From NCBI GenBank assembly GCA_041651355.1, contig JBAZJK010000001.1, positions 683,888 to 747,887 on the forward strand: a DNA stretch of 64,000 nt. Direction: 5' to 3'. This DNA is from Patescibacteria group bacterium (lineage in GTDB: Bacteria; Patescibacteriota; Patescibacteriia; Patescibacteriales; UBA12465). The notes beneath the pieces were generated by a model. The model saw only the letters and a list, made by a program, of their open reading frames with translations. It was not told where the DNA came from and ran no database searches. Made by a program: the position numbers and the translations under genes. This document shows, one piece after another, positions 8,535 to 17,986 of this stretch. The first letter of the stretch is position 1. Each line of letters opens with the position of its first letter.

Positions 8535-9941
8535 TTACATTGTTTTGGAAAGTGAAATAAAATAATCGCTCATTCTTTCTGTGGGGACTTCAGTTTGTTC
8601 CCTGGTAAAAAGATTCTTAACCTTGATTACATCGTGATGAATTTCATCGGCGCCAGCGATAATTACGAATTTAACATTTTGGCTAACAGCAAAGTTAAAT
8701 TGGGATTTGAAGGTTGTGTCCTCTAACAAGCAAAGCTCAGCCTTTAAGCCAAGATCACGCAATTGCTTAGCTAAACGCAAATAATAAGAATCGTGGCTAT
8801 TAGTTAATCGAAGAATCAGCACCTCAGCCGTCGTGATTGATTTGACTTTCACGAGTTCAAGCTGCTGTAAGGCGGCAAACAAACGGTCGACGCCAATCGA
8901 GGCGCCAACCGCGGGTAATTCGCTCCCAGTAAATCGGGCTACTAAATCATTGTAGCGACCGCCAGAAAAAACACTGCCAAATTCCGGAGCGTCTACTAAG
9001 ACGCTTTCGAAAACTGGACCGGTGTAATAATCTAGACCGCGAGCGATGGAGAAATCTATTTCAACTGTTCCTTCGGGTACTCCAAAATCTGACAAATAAG
9101 AAATAATTTGTCTCAACTCAGATATACCCTCTTGAGCAATTGAAATTCTGTGGAAGACGGCCTCAGCCTGGTCAAGCTTAATGGAGTTGCTGCCACTAAT
9201 CTCTAAAAAACGAGAAATCCTTGTAATCGCATCCGGCAATAAACCAGGACTTGGATCATATTCGTTCTCCGGAGTCATTTGCAGCTCAGATAAGACTTGA
9301 TTGAAGCCGATTTTAGGAATTTTATCCAAAATTCGCATTACCTCTTTTGTAATATCGTCAGCGGAAACCTGGCCTCTGCCAGACACCCCTATCAACTCTG
9401 CTAAACCGTTTAAGATCTTGCGGTTATTAATACGAATTAAGAAGCGCTTTAAACCTAAAGCGGATAAGGTTTGATAAATAATAGCGATAATTTCTGCATC
9501 TGCCAGCATAAGAGAAGAACCGGCAATGTCGACATCAAACTGATAAAATTGGCGATATCTCCCTTTTTGAGGGGAATCACTACGGAAGACTGGTCCTAAG
9601 ACCATGCGCCGCCACGGTAATTTTACCCCCTCTCTTTTCTTGTCGTTATAAGGATTGGCTGATAAAAAACGGGCGAATGGTACCGTATGATCGAACCTTA
9701 AAGATAAATTATCTTCATTACTACTTCCACGGCTTTTTACCTGGAAAATGTTTTTCGAAGTTTCATCTTCACCGACTAAAACTTTAGAAAATTCTACCAT
9801 AGGCGTCTCAATCGGATTATAACCAAAGGAACGAAAAACTCCATTAATTATTCGCAGCATCTCTTCCCTGGCCAAAAATTCGCTGGTGTTAAAATCCAGA
9901 AACCCGCCAGGCTTTTCTGGTTTGATTTTGTTTGCTTTCAT
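8535..9941 (-). CDS. Histidyl-tRNA synthetase-like paralog (class II aaRS, HisRS family) with a divergent histidine-binding motif
   Basis: Motif 2 QKGRYRQFYQFDVDIAG, motif 3 GGRYNDL, GASIGVDRL, and a C-terminal anticodon-binding domain (VKFVIIAGADEI). It has RFDHT where canonical HisRS has RPEGT. Its stop lies 2 bp upstream of the hutH-like start, so the two are probably co-transcribed. Confidence 0.7.
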   Translation of the reverse strand: MKANKIKPEKPGGFLDFNTSEFLAREEMLRIINGVFRSFGYNPIETPMVEFSKVLVGEDETSKNIFQVKSRGSSNEDNLSLRFDHTVPFARFLSANPYNDKKREGVKLPWRRMVLGPVFRSDSPQKGRYRQFYQFDVDIAGSSLMLADAEIIAIIYQTLSALGLKRFLIRINNRKILNGLAELIGVSGRGQVSADDITKEVMRILDKIPKIGFNQVLSELQMTPENEYDPSPGLLPDAITRISRFLEISGSNSIKLDQAEAVFHRISIAQEGISELRQIISYLSDFGVPEGTVEIDFSIARGLDYYTGPVFESVLVDAPEFGSVFSGGRYNDLVARFTGSELPAVGASIGVDRLFAALQQLELVKVKSITTAEVLILRLTNSHDSYYLRLAKQLRDLGLKAELCLLEDTTFKSQFNFAVSQNVKFVIIAGADEIHHDVIKVKNLFTREQTEVPTERMSDYFISLSKTM

Positions 9942-10045
9942 AGTCTGTTTTTATGGTTGTTATTCAATTTTCAAAGATAAAATACAAAAAATGTATTCCC
10001 CTTATATTAGGATAAAGCTGGAATAATGTCAACACAATAAAAAAG

Positions 10046-10078
10046 AGCCCTATTAAAAAAATAGGACTCAAAAAATTA
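10046..10078 (-). terminator. Rho-independent terminator downstream of hutU
   Basis: Minus-strand hairpin gagtccta-ttttttta-atagggctc (one G:U pair) followed by T6. Confidence 0.4.
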
Positions 10079-10095
10079 CAAAAAACTCATAAAAA

Positions 10096-12111
10096 TCAAT
10101 ATACCAAATTATCTAGTAATTGTTCATCAACCAGATAAGGAATGGTGATCTGACCATTGGCTTGATGTTTATTATTCCAAAGTGCGGCTGTTTCCATAGC
10201 GCCTTGACTTCTAGCCCAACTGCGCCGAGCGATTCCACACATGACGTCCCAAGACAGGCTGCTTTTTAAAACTTCATCTACTCTTTGACTGCCATCCAGA
10301 AAAATACCATTGCCTCCATTACTAGATCGTCCGATGCCAACGCCACCGCCGTTAGATAAAACTACCAAAGTCATCCCTCGAGCTATATTACCAGCAAAAC
10401 ATTGGGTAGACATATCAGCTGTCGGTCTACTACCATCGTAAATATTAGCAGTTTCCCGAAATGGTGAATCGGTTCCAGAAACGTCATGATGATCACGTCC
10501 AATCATAATAGGGCCTAAGCGACCATCCCTAACCGCTTGGTTGAAAGCCAAGGCGATATTTATCCGTCCTTCTTCATCAGCATAGAGAATCCTGGCTTTA
10601 GTACCGACTACTAAATCGTTGTTTGCAGCATTAGCAATCCAATGATAATTATCGTAATGAAGAGGGCTTAGGGATGGGTCTATTAAAGACATAGCTATTT
10701 GATCTGTCAAACGAAGATCTTCGTCCTTATGACTAAGACAGACCCAGCGGAAAGGACCAAAACCACGATCGAAGCAAACCGGACCCATGATATCTTCAAC
10801 ATAAGAAGGCCAGATAAAACCATCGTCAGTATTGACTTGGTTTTTGGCGATAGTCTTTTCTCCAGCCTGAAAAATGGAATTCATGAAATTATTACCATAA
10901 TCCCAAAAATGCGCCCCCTTAGCGATTAATCTCTCTATAACTCGGAAATGACGAAACAAAGATCTATTGACTAAAGCGATAAAATCGCTCGGATAATGTT
11001 TGAGCAACTGGCGGCCAGATGCAAAATCTAAACCGGCAGGAGTATAACCACCTTCGTAAACGGCATGGCAAGAAGTTTGATCGGAAAAAAGCTCAAAGAA
11101 AAAATCGTTTTCATCTAAACCCTCTAAAAGATCAACTATATTACCATAATAAGCCAGGGCTAAAGGCCGACCAGCATCCTTACTTTCTTTAGCTTTCTTC
11201 ATGATAACTGACAAATCATCAGAATAATCATCAATAGACTTTTGCTTCAGACGTAACTGAATTCGGCTATAATCGACTTCCGCAATAATGGCTACCCCTC
11301 CGGCAATTTTAACCGCCTTAGACTGGGCACAAGACATCCCCCCGAGTCCGGAAGACACAAAACAAATGCCTTGTAAATTTTTATCTTGACCCAAGCCTAA
11401 ATATTTACGAGCGGCATTTAAAATTGTTATGTAAGTTCCGTGAACAATCCCTTGCGGGCCAATATACATCCATCCGCCAGCTGTCATTTGCCCATAATTG
11501 GAGACACCCAAAGCAGCTAAACGCTTGAATTCGGTGATATTATTCCATTCTCCAACTAACAATCCATTAGTATTTATGACCCGAGGCGCTTGAGGCGAAG
11601 ACGGGAATAGCCCAACCGGATGTCCAGAGCTGACAACCAAGGTTTGGTCTTCTTTCATTACTGATAGATATTTTTTAACTAAAAGATATTGCATCCAGTT
11701 CTGGAATATCTGGCCAGTCTCTCCATAGGTGACCAACTCATAAGGATAAAGCGCTACCCCGAAATCAAGATTGTTATCAATCATGACTTGCAGAGCGCGG
11801 GCAGCTGGTATGCCTTCATACTCATCAATAGGCTTGCCGGCAATTCTACCTTCCGGTCGAAAACGGTAACCGTATATACGACCCATAGTTCGCAATTCTT
11901 TCAAAAACTCGGGAGCAAGAATCGAGTGTAATTCTTCTGGTAAATACCGCAGAGCATTAGCTATTGCTAATTTGGTTCTTTCTGGATCCAATGTTAAACC
12001 ACGATCTGGAGCGCGAAGTTGCCCTGGATCGAATGTCTTAACCGGCGGAAGCTCATTAGATAATTTAATATCCATGGCTTCAAAAACTTGAGGATTTGTT
12101 AAATTTTTCAT
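10096..12111 (-). CDS. hutU: Urocanate hydratase (urocanase), long form of 671 aa with an N-terminal extension of about 90 aa
   Basis: YGQMTAGGWMYIGPQGIVHGTYITI, GLGGMSCAQ, FDQTSCHAV, IGRDHHD and GGGVGIGRS; these are near-diagnostic urocanase motifs. Confidence 0.9.
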   Translation of the reverse strand: MKNLTNPQVFEAMDIKLSNELPPVKTFDPGQLRAPDRGLTLDPERTKLAIANALRYLPEELHSILAPEFLKELRTMGRIYGYRFRPEGRIAGKPIDEYEGIPAARALQVMIDNNLDFGVALYPYELVTYGETGQIFQNWMQYLLVKKYLSVMKEDQTLVVSSGHPVGLFPSSPQAPRVINTNGLLVGEWNNITEFKRLAALGVSNYGQMTAGGWMYIGPQGIVHGTYITILNAARKYLGLGQDKNLQGICFVSSGLGGMSCAQSKAVKIAGGVAIIAEVDYSRIQLRLKQKSIDDYSDDLSVIMKKAKESKDAGRPLALAYYGNIVDLLEGLDENDFFFELFSDQTSCHAVYEGGYTPAGLDFASGRQLLKHYPSDFIALVNRSLFRHFRVIERLIAKGAHFWDYGNNFMNSIFQAGEKTIAKNQVNTDDGFIWPSYVEDIMGPVCFDRGFGPFRWVCLSHKDEDLRLTDQIAMSLIDPSLSPLHYDNYHWIANAANNDLVVGTKARILYADEEGRINIALAFNQAVRDGRLGPIMIGRDHHDVSGTDSPFRETANIYDGSRPTADMSTQCFAGNIARGMTLVVLSNGGGVGIGRSSNGGNGIFLDGSQRVDEVLKSSLSWDVMCGIARRSWARSQGAMETAALWNNKHQANGQITIPYLVDEQLLDNLVY

Positions 12112-12203
12112 GATTCAGATTTTAATATTAAACAATTTTAAAGAACTATCTTATTAACGCTTTAAAGCAATCTTAAACCCCGTCCTGACTTAAGTCAAAT
12201 ATT

Positions 12204-12234
12204 TAAAAAGCCTGTTTCTTATTTAAAACAGGCT
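12204..12234 (-). terminator. Terminator hairpin immediately 3' of tRNA-His
   Basis: Perfect 9-bp stem agcctgttt / aaacaggct with an 8-nt loop, followed on the minus strand by a T tract. Confidence 0.45.
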
Positions 12235-12238
12235 GGCG

Positions 12239-12312
12239 GGGGTACGACGGGATTCGAACCCGCGACCAATAGATCCACAATCTACCGTTCTAACCCCTGA
12301 ACTACGTACCCC
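12239..12312 (-). tRNA. tRNA-His (anticodon GUG) with encoded G-1 pairing to C73; CCA not encoded
   Basis: Manual fold gives G(-1)GGGTACG / CGTACCC-C acceptor, D stem GTTC/GAAC, anticodon stem GTAGA/TCTAT, loop TTGTGGA and T loop TTCGAAT. Confidence 0.85.
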
Positions 12313-12370
12313 GTATATTTGAAAAAGAAAATTTTGTTTCTCAATATGTTAGCAAGAAACTTAATACCTG

Positions 12371-13039
12371 TCAATCAATAATAACTGAAGAATAGAGAGA
12401 CTTCTTGCGGCCATAAAAACTAGCCCATTCTTTATCTCCATAAGAAAAATGCCACCATTCTCCGTTAAAGGGAGCAAACCCCTCCTTGAGCAAGAGACTC
12501 CTTAATAAATAACGGTTATAACGCTGTTCTCGATTTAGACCCTTAGCGAAAGCCTTGATCTTCTCCGGCTGGCTAAAATCAGCTATCCTGGTCCCCATAT
12601 CTAATTCTTGGCCATCTTTTTCAATACTTATATCTAAAGCACCGCCAGTTGGATGGCCAGCCACATCTGGTACAGCCACAAAAGCATGGACTAAACTTTT
12701 GAGTTTTTCTTGGCTCAAGTTGGGTTTTTCTAAATTTATTTTTTTAAAAACCCTTTTAAAATACTTTTCCTGGATGGCTGGGTGGCGGTAGCCATAAACA
12801 ACTTTTAGACGAAGACTGGGGTCTTTTTTTTGTAAGATTTTATTTATCCGGCGCAATTTTAGGGCCACGGCTTTTCTGACAAAAATTTCCGGACCGCTTA
12901 TCCTCAACATATCCTTCTTCTGGTAGTGACAATTTATCTCGGGACAGAGAGAATTTAAAGAAACCAAAGGATCTTTATTTTCCCCCGCTTTGATTTTCTG
13001 TAAATCGGAATATTTAAGAATTTTTCTATTATTTAACAT
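12371..13039 (-). CDS. D-Ala-D-Ala dipeptidase, VanX/DdpX (M15D) family
   Basis: VAGHPTGGALDISI matches the zinc site SxHxxGxAxD, and EWWHFSYG is the catalytic EWWH motif. Confidence 0.75.
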   Translation of the reverse strand: MLNNRKILKYSDLQKIKAGENKDPLVSLNSLCPEINCHYQKKDMLRISGPEIFVRKAVALKLRRINKILQKKDPSLRLKVVYGYRHPAIQEKYFKRVFKKINLEKPNLSQEKLKSLVHAFVAVPDVAGHPTGGALDISIEKDGQELDMGTRIADFSQPEKIKAFAKGLNREQRYNRYLLRSLLLKEGFAPFNGEWWHFSYGDKEWASFYGRKKSLYSSVIID

Positions 13040-13104
13040 AAGTTATTTAAATTTTATCATACTGTTCTTAAAAAGCCCACCTTTATAGTGGGCTTTAGTT
13101 TTTT

Positions 13105-13683
13105 CTAATCAATCTCTCCATAGAGAAAGATGCGTTGCCGGCTTTTCGACTCAACTCCGATTCCTGTAACATCTTGCACTAAACCATCAATTTCCTTCGC
13201 CCCTAAATGCTTATACATCCTTACCGAATTACTACCTTCAGCGGCTGTCCTCACAATATAATGGGATAGGCCGAAACTTTTGGCCCAGCTCCAACGCTGA
13301 CGTATCAATTCGGTTCCGATACCTAAGCCGCGAAAATCTGACAAAACTGCCAACTCTGACATATAGCAAGCGCGATTTAGCGGGATGGGCAAAGAATCTA
13401 ACCGGGAAAAAAACAAATTTTTAACATCTTCATTAGCTTCGCCTGGCATGATGTTAAGAATCGGGATACAACAACCAAGACCGATAACCTCATCACCTTT
13501 CATCGCCAATACAATGCAACCTTTTTCCAAATGGGAATCCCAGGCAGAATAAATCACTTCCTCATCAGAATAAGTCTCAAAGTATGGCGGACCAGCAAAC
13601 ACCTCTTGGTAAACCTTAATGAAAGCTGGCTGATACTTCAGCCCATCCTTACGACTCAAAATCAGATAATTAATACTCTCCAT
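13105..13683 (-). CDS. GNAT family N-acetyltransferase
   Basis: YMSELAVLSDFRGLGIGTELI is an acetyl-CoA binding motif (Q/RxxGxG/A). Confidence 0.7.
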   Translation of the reverse strand: MESINYLILSRKDGLKYQPAFIKVYQEVFAGPPYFETYSDEEVIYSAWDSHLEKGCIVLAMKGDEVIGLGCCIPILNIMPGEANEDVKNLFFSRLDSLPIPLNRACYMSELAVLSDFRGLGIGTELIRQRWSWAKSFGLSHYIVRTAAEGSNSVRMYKHLGAKEIDGLVQDVTGIGVESKSRQRIFLYGEID

Positions 13684-14434
13684 CTGTAACCTCCATTTCG
13701 CTAGTTAGAATTACTTCTTTATCTTTAATTAAGACGGTAATAACCTTGCCGGTTGGTTGAAAAATCTGGCTAAAGCCTAAAACTTTAGCGGCCGCGATCG
13801 ACCCAGACCCGCAGGAAGATTCATAAAAGAAAGAGTCTACGCCTTTTACCCAGACGACCGGATCAATCTTGGCGGTAAACTCACCTTTACTGACCCAAAC
13901 TACTCCGACTGCTTCTCGGTTATCCAAGTTTAAAGCTTTAGTAATTTGCCGATGCTTGATTTCGAAATCAACTTCCGGAAAAGCGGCCTCAATGATAACG
14001 TGGACGATACCGCCTAAATCAACCAACGTCGCTGTTTGACCGATATCAACCGTCGAAACCTGCAAAGGCATTTCTGGAAAATGGCACTCCACTAAGAATT
14101 GGCGAGGAGCTAATTCAGATAAGGAGGCACGAACAGTTTTTGGAAAACCAGACATCGTAAATTCAACCTGGTTTTTACCAATCAACTTAGAGAACAAGAT
14201 GGCCGCCGCCCTAGCTGCATTACCGCAGAATTCGCCGCCGCTCATCTCAAAATGTTGGTCAGCAATTACTAGAAAGCCGGCCTGTTCAACGGATTTATCC
14301 TGGTTATCAAAAATTAAATCACGGCCGATTTTTTCATATTCGGCACGAGTTTTAGCTTTTGATAAAACCATGATAGCCGTAGCATTACCACCAGCGGCAG
14401 TAATGACATAAACTTTGTTTTCCATGTTTTTCAT
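13670..14434 (-). CDS. DapF-fold epimerase/racemase, probably diaminopimelate epimerase; likely start at an internal Met, whereas the ORF track starts at 14518
   Basis: Two catalytic Cys motifs, EFCGNAARAAA and SCGSGSIAAA, correspond to DapF CGNGARC and ACGSGA. The ORF overlaps the GNAT gene start by 14 nt. Confidence 0.55.
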   Translation of the reverse strand: MKNMENKVYVITAAGGNATAIMVLSKAKTRAEYEKIGRDLIFDNQDKSVEQAGFLVIADQHFEMSGGEFCGNAARAAAILFSKLIGKNQVEFTMSGFPKTVRASLSELAPRQFLVECHFPEMPLQVSTVDIGQTATLVDLGGIVHVIIEAAFPEVDFEIKHRQITKALNLDNREAVGVVWVSKGEFTAKIDPVVWVKGVDSFFYESSCGSGSIAAAKVLGFSQIFQPTGKVITVLIKDKEVILTSEMEVTDGEY

Positions 14435-14525
14435 ACATGAGATTTTTAAGGGTTTATTTTTGGTTTTAAAAAAGAGCGTTATTATTCTTCTGTTAAGAAG
14501 AGTTTGAATTACGATCAATGAGATC

Positions 14526-14855
14526 TTAAGCCAAACCCTTCCTAACAGTCAAATGGTGTTGATGCGCTCTAGTTCTCTTAATAATTAATTTGTAGCCATC
14601 CATACCAGAATTCAACCATTTAGAAATCCTGGCGACGGTCGCAGAGCTTAAACCCGTTTCTTGCTCTATGGCGGCATAGGACTGCTGGCCAGCTAGCATC
14701 TGAGCAGCCCGCCATCTTCGACTGAATTCTAAAATCTCCTGTTCGGTTAACAGGTCGCGAAAAAACCTTTGAGCTTCATCCAGATTCCTAAGCTTTAAGA
14801 TGGCAGAATACAGATCATTAATATAAATATTGTTTTTTGATTCTCCGGCTGGCAT
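14526..14855 (-). CDS. TrpR-like DNA-binding protein (YerC/YecD family)
   Basis: Small helical protein with RRWRAAQML...LSSATVARISKWL, characteristic of the TrpR/YerC family. Confidence 0.6.
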   Translation of the reverse strand: MPAGESKNNIYINDLYSAILKLRNLDEAQRFFRDLLTEQEILEFSRRWRAAQMLAGQQSYAAIEQETGLSSATVARISKWLNSGMDGYKLIIKRTRAHQHHLTVRKGLA

Positions 14856-14988
14856 AATATTACTTTATCTAAGTAAAGTGCTTTATTATAATAAAGCATA
14901 TCAAAAATAATGTCAAGCGCCAGACATTTACAAAAACATCGCTTTAACCTATAATTAGTGTTAAATAACTAAAATAAACTAAAAATAT

Positions 14989-15570
14989 ATGCCTCTAATA
15001 CCAACCGTTATCGAAAAGGAGGGACAAGTAGAGAGAGCCTATGATATCTACTCCCGTCTCCTTAAAGACCGAATAATCTTTCTTGGAGAAGGGATCGATG
15101 ACCATACCGCTAACATAATTATCGCCCAATTCTTATTTTTGGACGCTGAAAATAAGGATAAAGATATCAAGTTCTATATCAACTCGCCCGGCGGATCAGT
15201 CACGGCCGGCTTAGCCATCTACGACACCATGCAATATATAAAATCGGACATATCTACTATCTGCGTGGGCATGGCTGCTTCTATGGCTTCAGTTCTTTTG
15301 GCCGCCGGCACGCCGGGTAAGAGACTGGCTCTGCCTAACAGCGAAATCATGATCCATCAAGTCATGGGCGGCGCCGAAGGACAAGCGACTGATATTAAAA
15401 TCAGAGCTGAACATATCCTAAAAATCAAAGACAAGATGAATAAAATATTAGCCCAACACAGCGGCCAAAAAATAGCCACGATTGAGAAAGATACTGATCG
15501 CGATTATTTCATGACAGCCGAAGAAGCTAAAAATTATGGATTGATTGATAAGATAATCAAAAAACAATAA
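14989..15570 (+). CDS. clpP: ATP-dependent Clp protease proteolytic subunit
   Basis: [19 protein letters not shown] with active Ser, plus [13 protein letters not shown], across the full ClpP fold. Confidence 0.9.
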   Translation: MPLIPTVIEKEGQVERAYDIYSRLLKDRIIFLGEGIDDHTANIIIAQFLFLDAENKDKDIKFYINSPGGSVTAGLAIYDTMQYIKSDISTICVGMAASMASVLLAAGTPGKRLALPNSEIMIHQVMGGAEGQATDIKIRAEHILKIKDKMNKILAQHSGQKIATIEKDTDRDYFMTAEEAKNYGLIDKIIKKQ

Positions 15571-15583
15571 TCCTAACCAAGAC

Positions 15584-15617
15584 AAAAAAACCACCGCCTG
15601 CAGGCGGTGGTTTTGTG
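15584..15617. terminator. Bidirectional rho-independent terminator between clpP (+) and tyrS (-)
   Basis: Perfect 10-bp stem ccaccgcctg/caggcggtgg flanked by A7 and T4. Confidence 0.6.
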
Positions 15618-15631
15618 TAATCCTAAAAAAT

Positions 15632-16813
15632 TTATACTATCTTCAAAAAATTAATCTTCCCCTTCTGGATGACTGCCCCCGAATGAACCTGAGCGCCCGG
15701 ATCCTTCTCTACCACCTGATTTATCTTGACCCCTCCCTGTTCAATCACCCGTCTCGCATCCGACTTAGAGTTAACCAGCTTAGCTTCTACTAAAATCGAG
15801 ACCAAGTCGTATGCATGAGGTTTGAATTCTTCTATCTCTTCCGGAACTTCCTTATGGGAAAAAGTCTTGATAAAATTATCCTCCTGAGCTAGAGCCTCGG
15901 TTTCAGAGAAATAAAATCTCACAATCTCTTTGGCCAATCTTATCTTATAATCCCTCGGATTAGCTCCGTTTGCTAAAGCTGATTTAAAATCATTGATTTC
16001 GGCTAAATCCAAACGGGTAAGCAAAGTAAAGTAATCGATAATCGACTCATCGCGCAAAGACATGATCTTACCGAACATATCTTTAGCGGAATCCAATAGA
16101 TTAACAGTGTTACCCCAGCTGGAGCTCATCTTGCGACCATCCAAACCTTCAATTATGGGGTTGGTAATGATATTCTGAGGAGTTTGCTGGTAATAGCGTT
16201 GCATCTCCCGCCCCGCTAAAAGGTTGAACTTCTGGTCCGTACCCCCGATTTCAACGTCAGCTTTTACCATGACTGAATCATAGCCTTGCATGAGAGGATA
16301 TAAGACCTCGCGCAAAGAAACGCGAGAACCAGCTTCTAGGCGACGACTGATATTCTCCCGAGAAATAAATTCATTGATAGAAAATATATTAGCCTGGCGG
16401 CAGATCTCTTCATATTTCAGCTTCCGCAACCAGTCACCATTATAGTGGACTTCGCATTTCTTAATATCTATTATCTTTTTAGCCTGATCAACGTAATTCT
16501 TAATATTATGCTTAATGGTCGCTTCGTCTAACATCGGCCTCTCACTGGTCTTGTCAGAAGTATCTCCGATAGTGCCAGTAAAATCACCGATGATAAAGAT
16601 TATCTGGTGGCCTAATTCTTGAAAATCACGCAATTTTAATAAGGGCACTGAGCGTCCAAGATGGATATTAGAACTGGTCGGGTCGATACCTAGCTTCACC
16701 CTGAGCTTCTGGCCACTCAATAATTTCTTACGCAAGTCGTCCCGATCAATCGCTTCTGCCACCCCTCTGCTTAATAGCTCATCAATCTTCTTAACATCGC
16801 TTATTATCTTCAT
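15632..16813 (-). CDS. tyrS: Tyrosyl-tRNA synthetase
   Basis: Class I HIGH-like SNIHLGR, GGTDQ and KMSSS (KMSKS variant), plus a C-terminal S4-like domain. Confidence 0.85.
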   Translation of the reverse strand: MKIISDVKKIDELLSRGVAEAIDRDDLRKKLLSGQKLRVKLGIDPTSSNIHLGRSVPLLKLRDFQELGHQIIFIIGDFTGTIGDTSDKTSERPMLDEATIKHNIKNYVDQAKKIIDIKKCEVHYNGDWLRKLKYEEICRQANIFSINEFISRENISRRLEAGSRVSLREVLYPLMQGYDSVMVKADVEIGGTDQKFNLLAGREMQRYYQQTPQNIITNPIIEGLDGRKMSSSWGNTVNLLDSAKDMFGKIMSLRDESIIDYFTLLTRLDLAEINDFKSALANGANPRDYKIRLAKEIVRFYFSETEALAQEDNFIKTFSHKEVPEEIEEFKPHAYDLVSILVEAKLVNSKSDARRVIEQGGVKINQVVEKDPGAQVHSGAVIQKGKINFLKIV

Positions 16814-16939
16814 ATGATTATATTTATTGCCTTTTAAAAAGATTATATAAAAATACTAACACACCAAACATCTTTTTTCCAGATATAAGCTAAAGGAGCC
16901 GCTTCTGGCTCCTTTTATGACCTAATTGCTGTCTTTTAA

Positions 16940-17983
16940 TCAAGGCTGGGTTTTAACTTTTAGGGAATTAAGCATCAACCGGAATATATTAGGATAAGCC
17001 AGGTTTTTCTCATCTAAAGGGGTATAAGCTAAAACATAAATATTCTCTTCCTTATTATCGGTAAAATAAACGGTCAGGCCATCATCACTCATTACCCCGT
17101 TGCCCCAATCTTTGGCAATCAGCTGGGCCTCCGGTATATCTAGCACGGCAAATTCCTCTTTATACCAAGCGGCGATGCTTTGCGCGTTCAGATTCTTCTG
17201 GACCGACAGTTGGATAAATGATTCGTCGGCCGCGGTAAAGATTACGGCGTCATCTGTCGCTAAAGGTTTTAATGCCCAAATCTTAGGATAAAGGATTTCA
17301 TATTTAGCCAGCGAGTATTTAGCTAAATTAACATTGGCGTCAAGCTTGCCGGTGCTGATCGGGTCATAACCGGCCTGGATCTCGGCTAAATCAGAAAAAC
17401 CATCGGCATCAGTATCTTCTAAGTTAGGGTTAGAACCCAAAATCACCTCTTCTAAATCATTAATGGTATCACTATCGGAGTCTACCACCGGTTGAGTCGA
17501 AGAAGCAATAATATTGCCTTCCCCCTGGAAAACCAAGCTAGAGCTAGCACTAGAAGTCGCGACTTCGGTCGTAATCGTAGCTAAACTAGCCTCATTAATA
17601 TTGGTCGGAATTTCAGCTAAGATCGGATCCGGGGTGACCGCATTATTTATTGGATTACTGTTAATCTTCGGGGCATCTTGATTTTGAGACACAGGTCGAC
17701 TGGTAGCCGCCGGCTTGATCATAAAAGTATAGGCGGCATAAATAATACCACCGACCACCAGCAAGCTACCAACGATAATGAACAGGCCTATTTTTTTGTG
17801 CTTCGACTCTGAATTTATGATTAAGGCGCCGTCAGCCCCAGAGGCATAAGAAGAATTAGCCAAAACACTCTTAGCTGGCATACTATGAATAGAAATATCC
17901 TGATCTAGACGGGCGCTTAGATCCTGCTTCTTATCTTTATCATTTTCTAAATTTTTTTTTGTTTTCTTAGCTTGCAAAAACAT
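16940..17983 (-). CDS. Membrane-anchored protein with C-terminal thrombospondin type-3 (calcium-binding) repeats
   Basis: Cytoplasmic N-terminus, single TM (IGLFIIVGSLLVVGGIIYAAYTF), Ser/Thr/Pro-rich linker, then DSDSDTINDLEEVILGSNPNLEDTDADGFSD. Confidence 0.5.
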   Translation of the reverse strand: MFLQAKKTKKNLENDKDKKQDLSARLDQDISIHSMPAKSVLANSSYASGADGALIINSESKHKKIGLFIIVGSLLVVGGIIYAAYTFMIKPAATSRPVSQNQDAPKINSNPINNAVTPDPILAEIPTNINEASLATITTEVATSSASSSLVFQGEGNIIASSTQPVVDSDSDTINDLEEVILGSNPNLEDTDADGFSDLAEIQAGYDPISTGKLDANVNLAKYSLAKYEILYPKIWALKPLATDDAVIFTAADESFIQLSVQKNLNAQSIAAWYKEEFAVLDIPEAQLIAKDWGNGVMSDDGLTVYFTDNKEENIYVLAYTPLDEKNLAYPNIFRLMLNSLKVKTQP

Positions 17984-17986
17984 ATT

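Noticed and set aside
8535-9941. Possibility that the hut-linked HisRS-like gene is a classical HisZ (regulatory subunit of HisG)
   Set aside because: It retains motif 2 and motif 3 and a full anticodon-binding domain, whereas HisZ proteins are truncated. No hisG is present nearby. I therefore describe it as a divergent HisRS paralog of unknown role.
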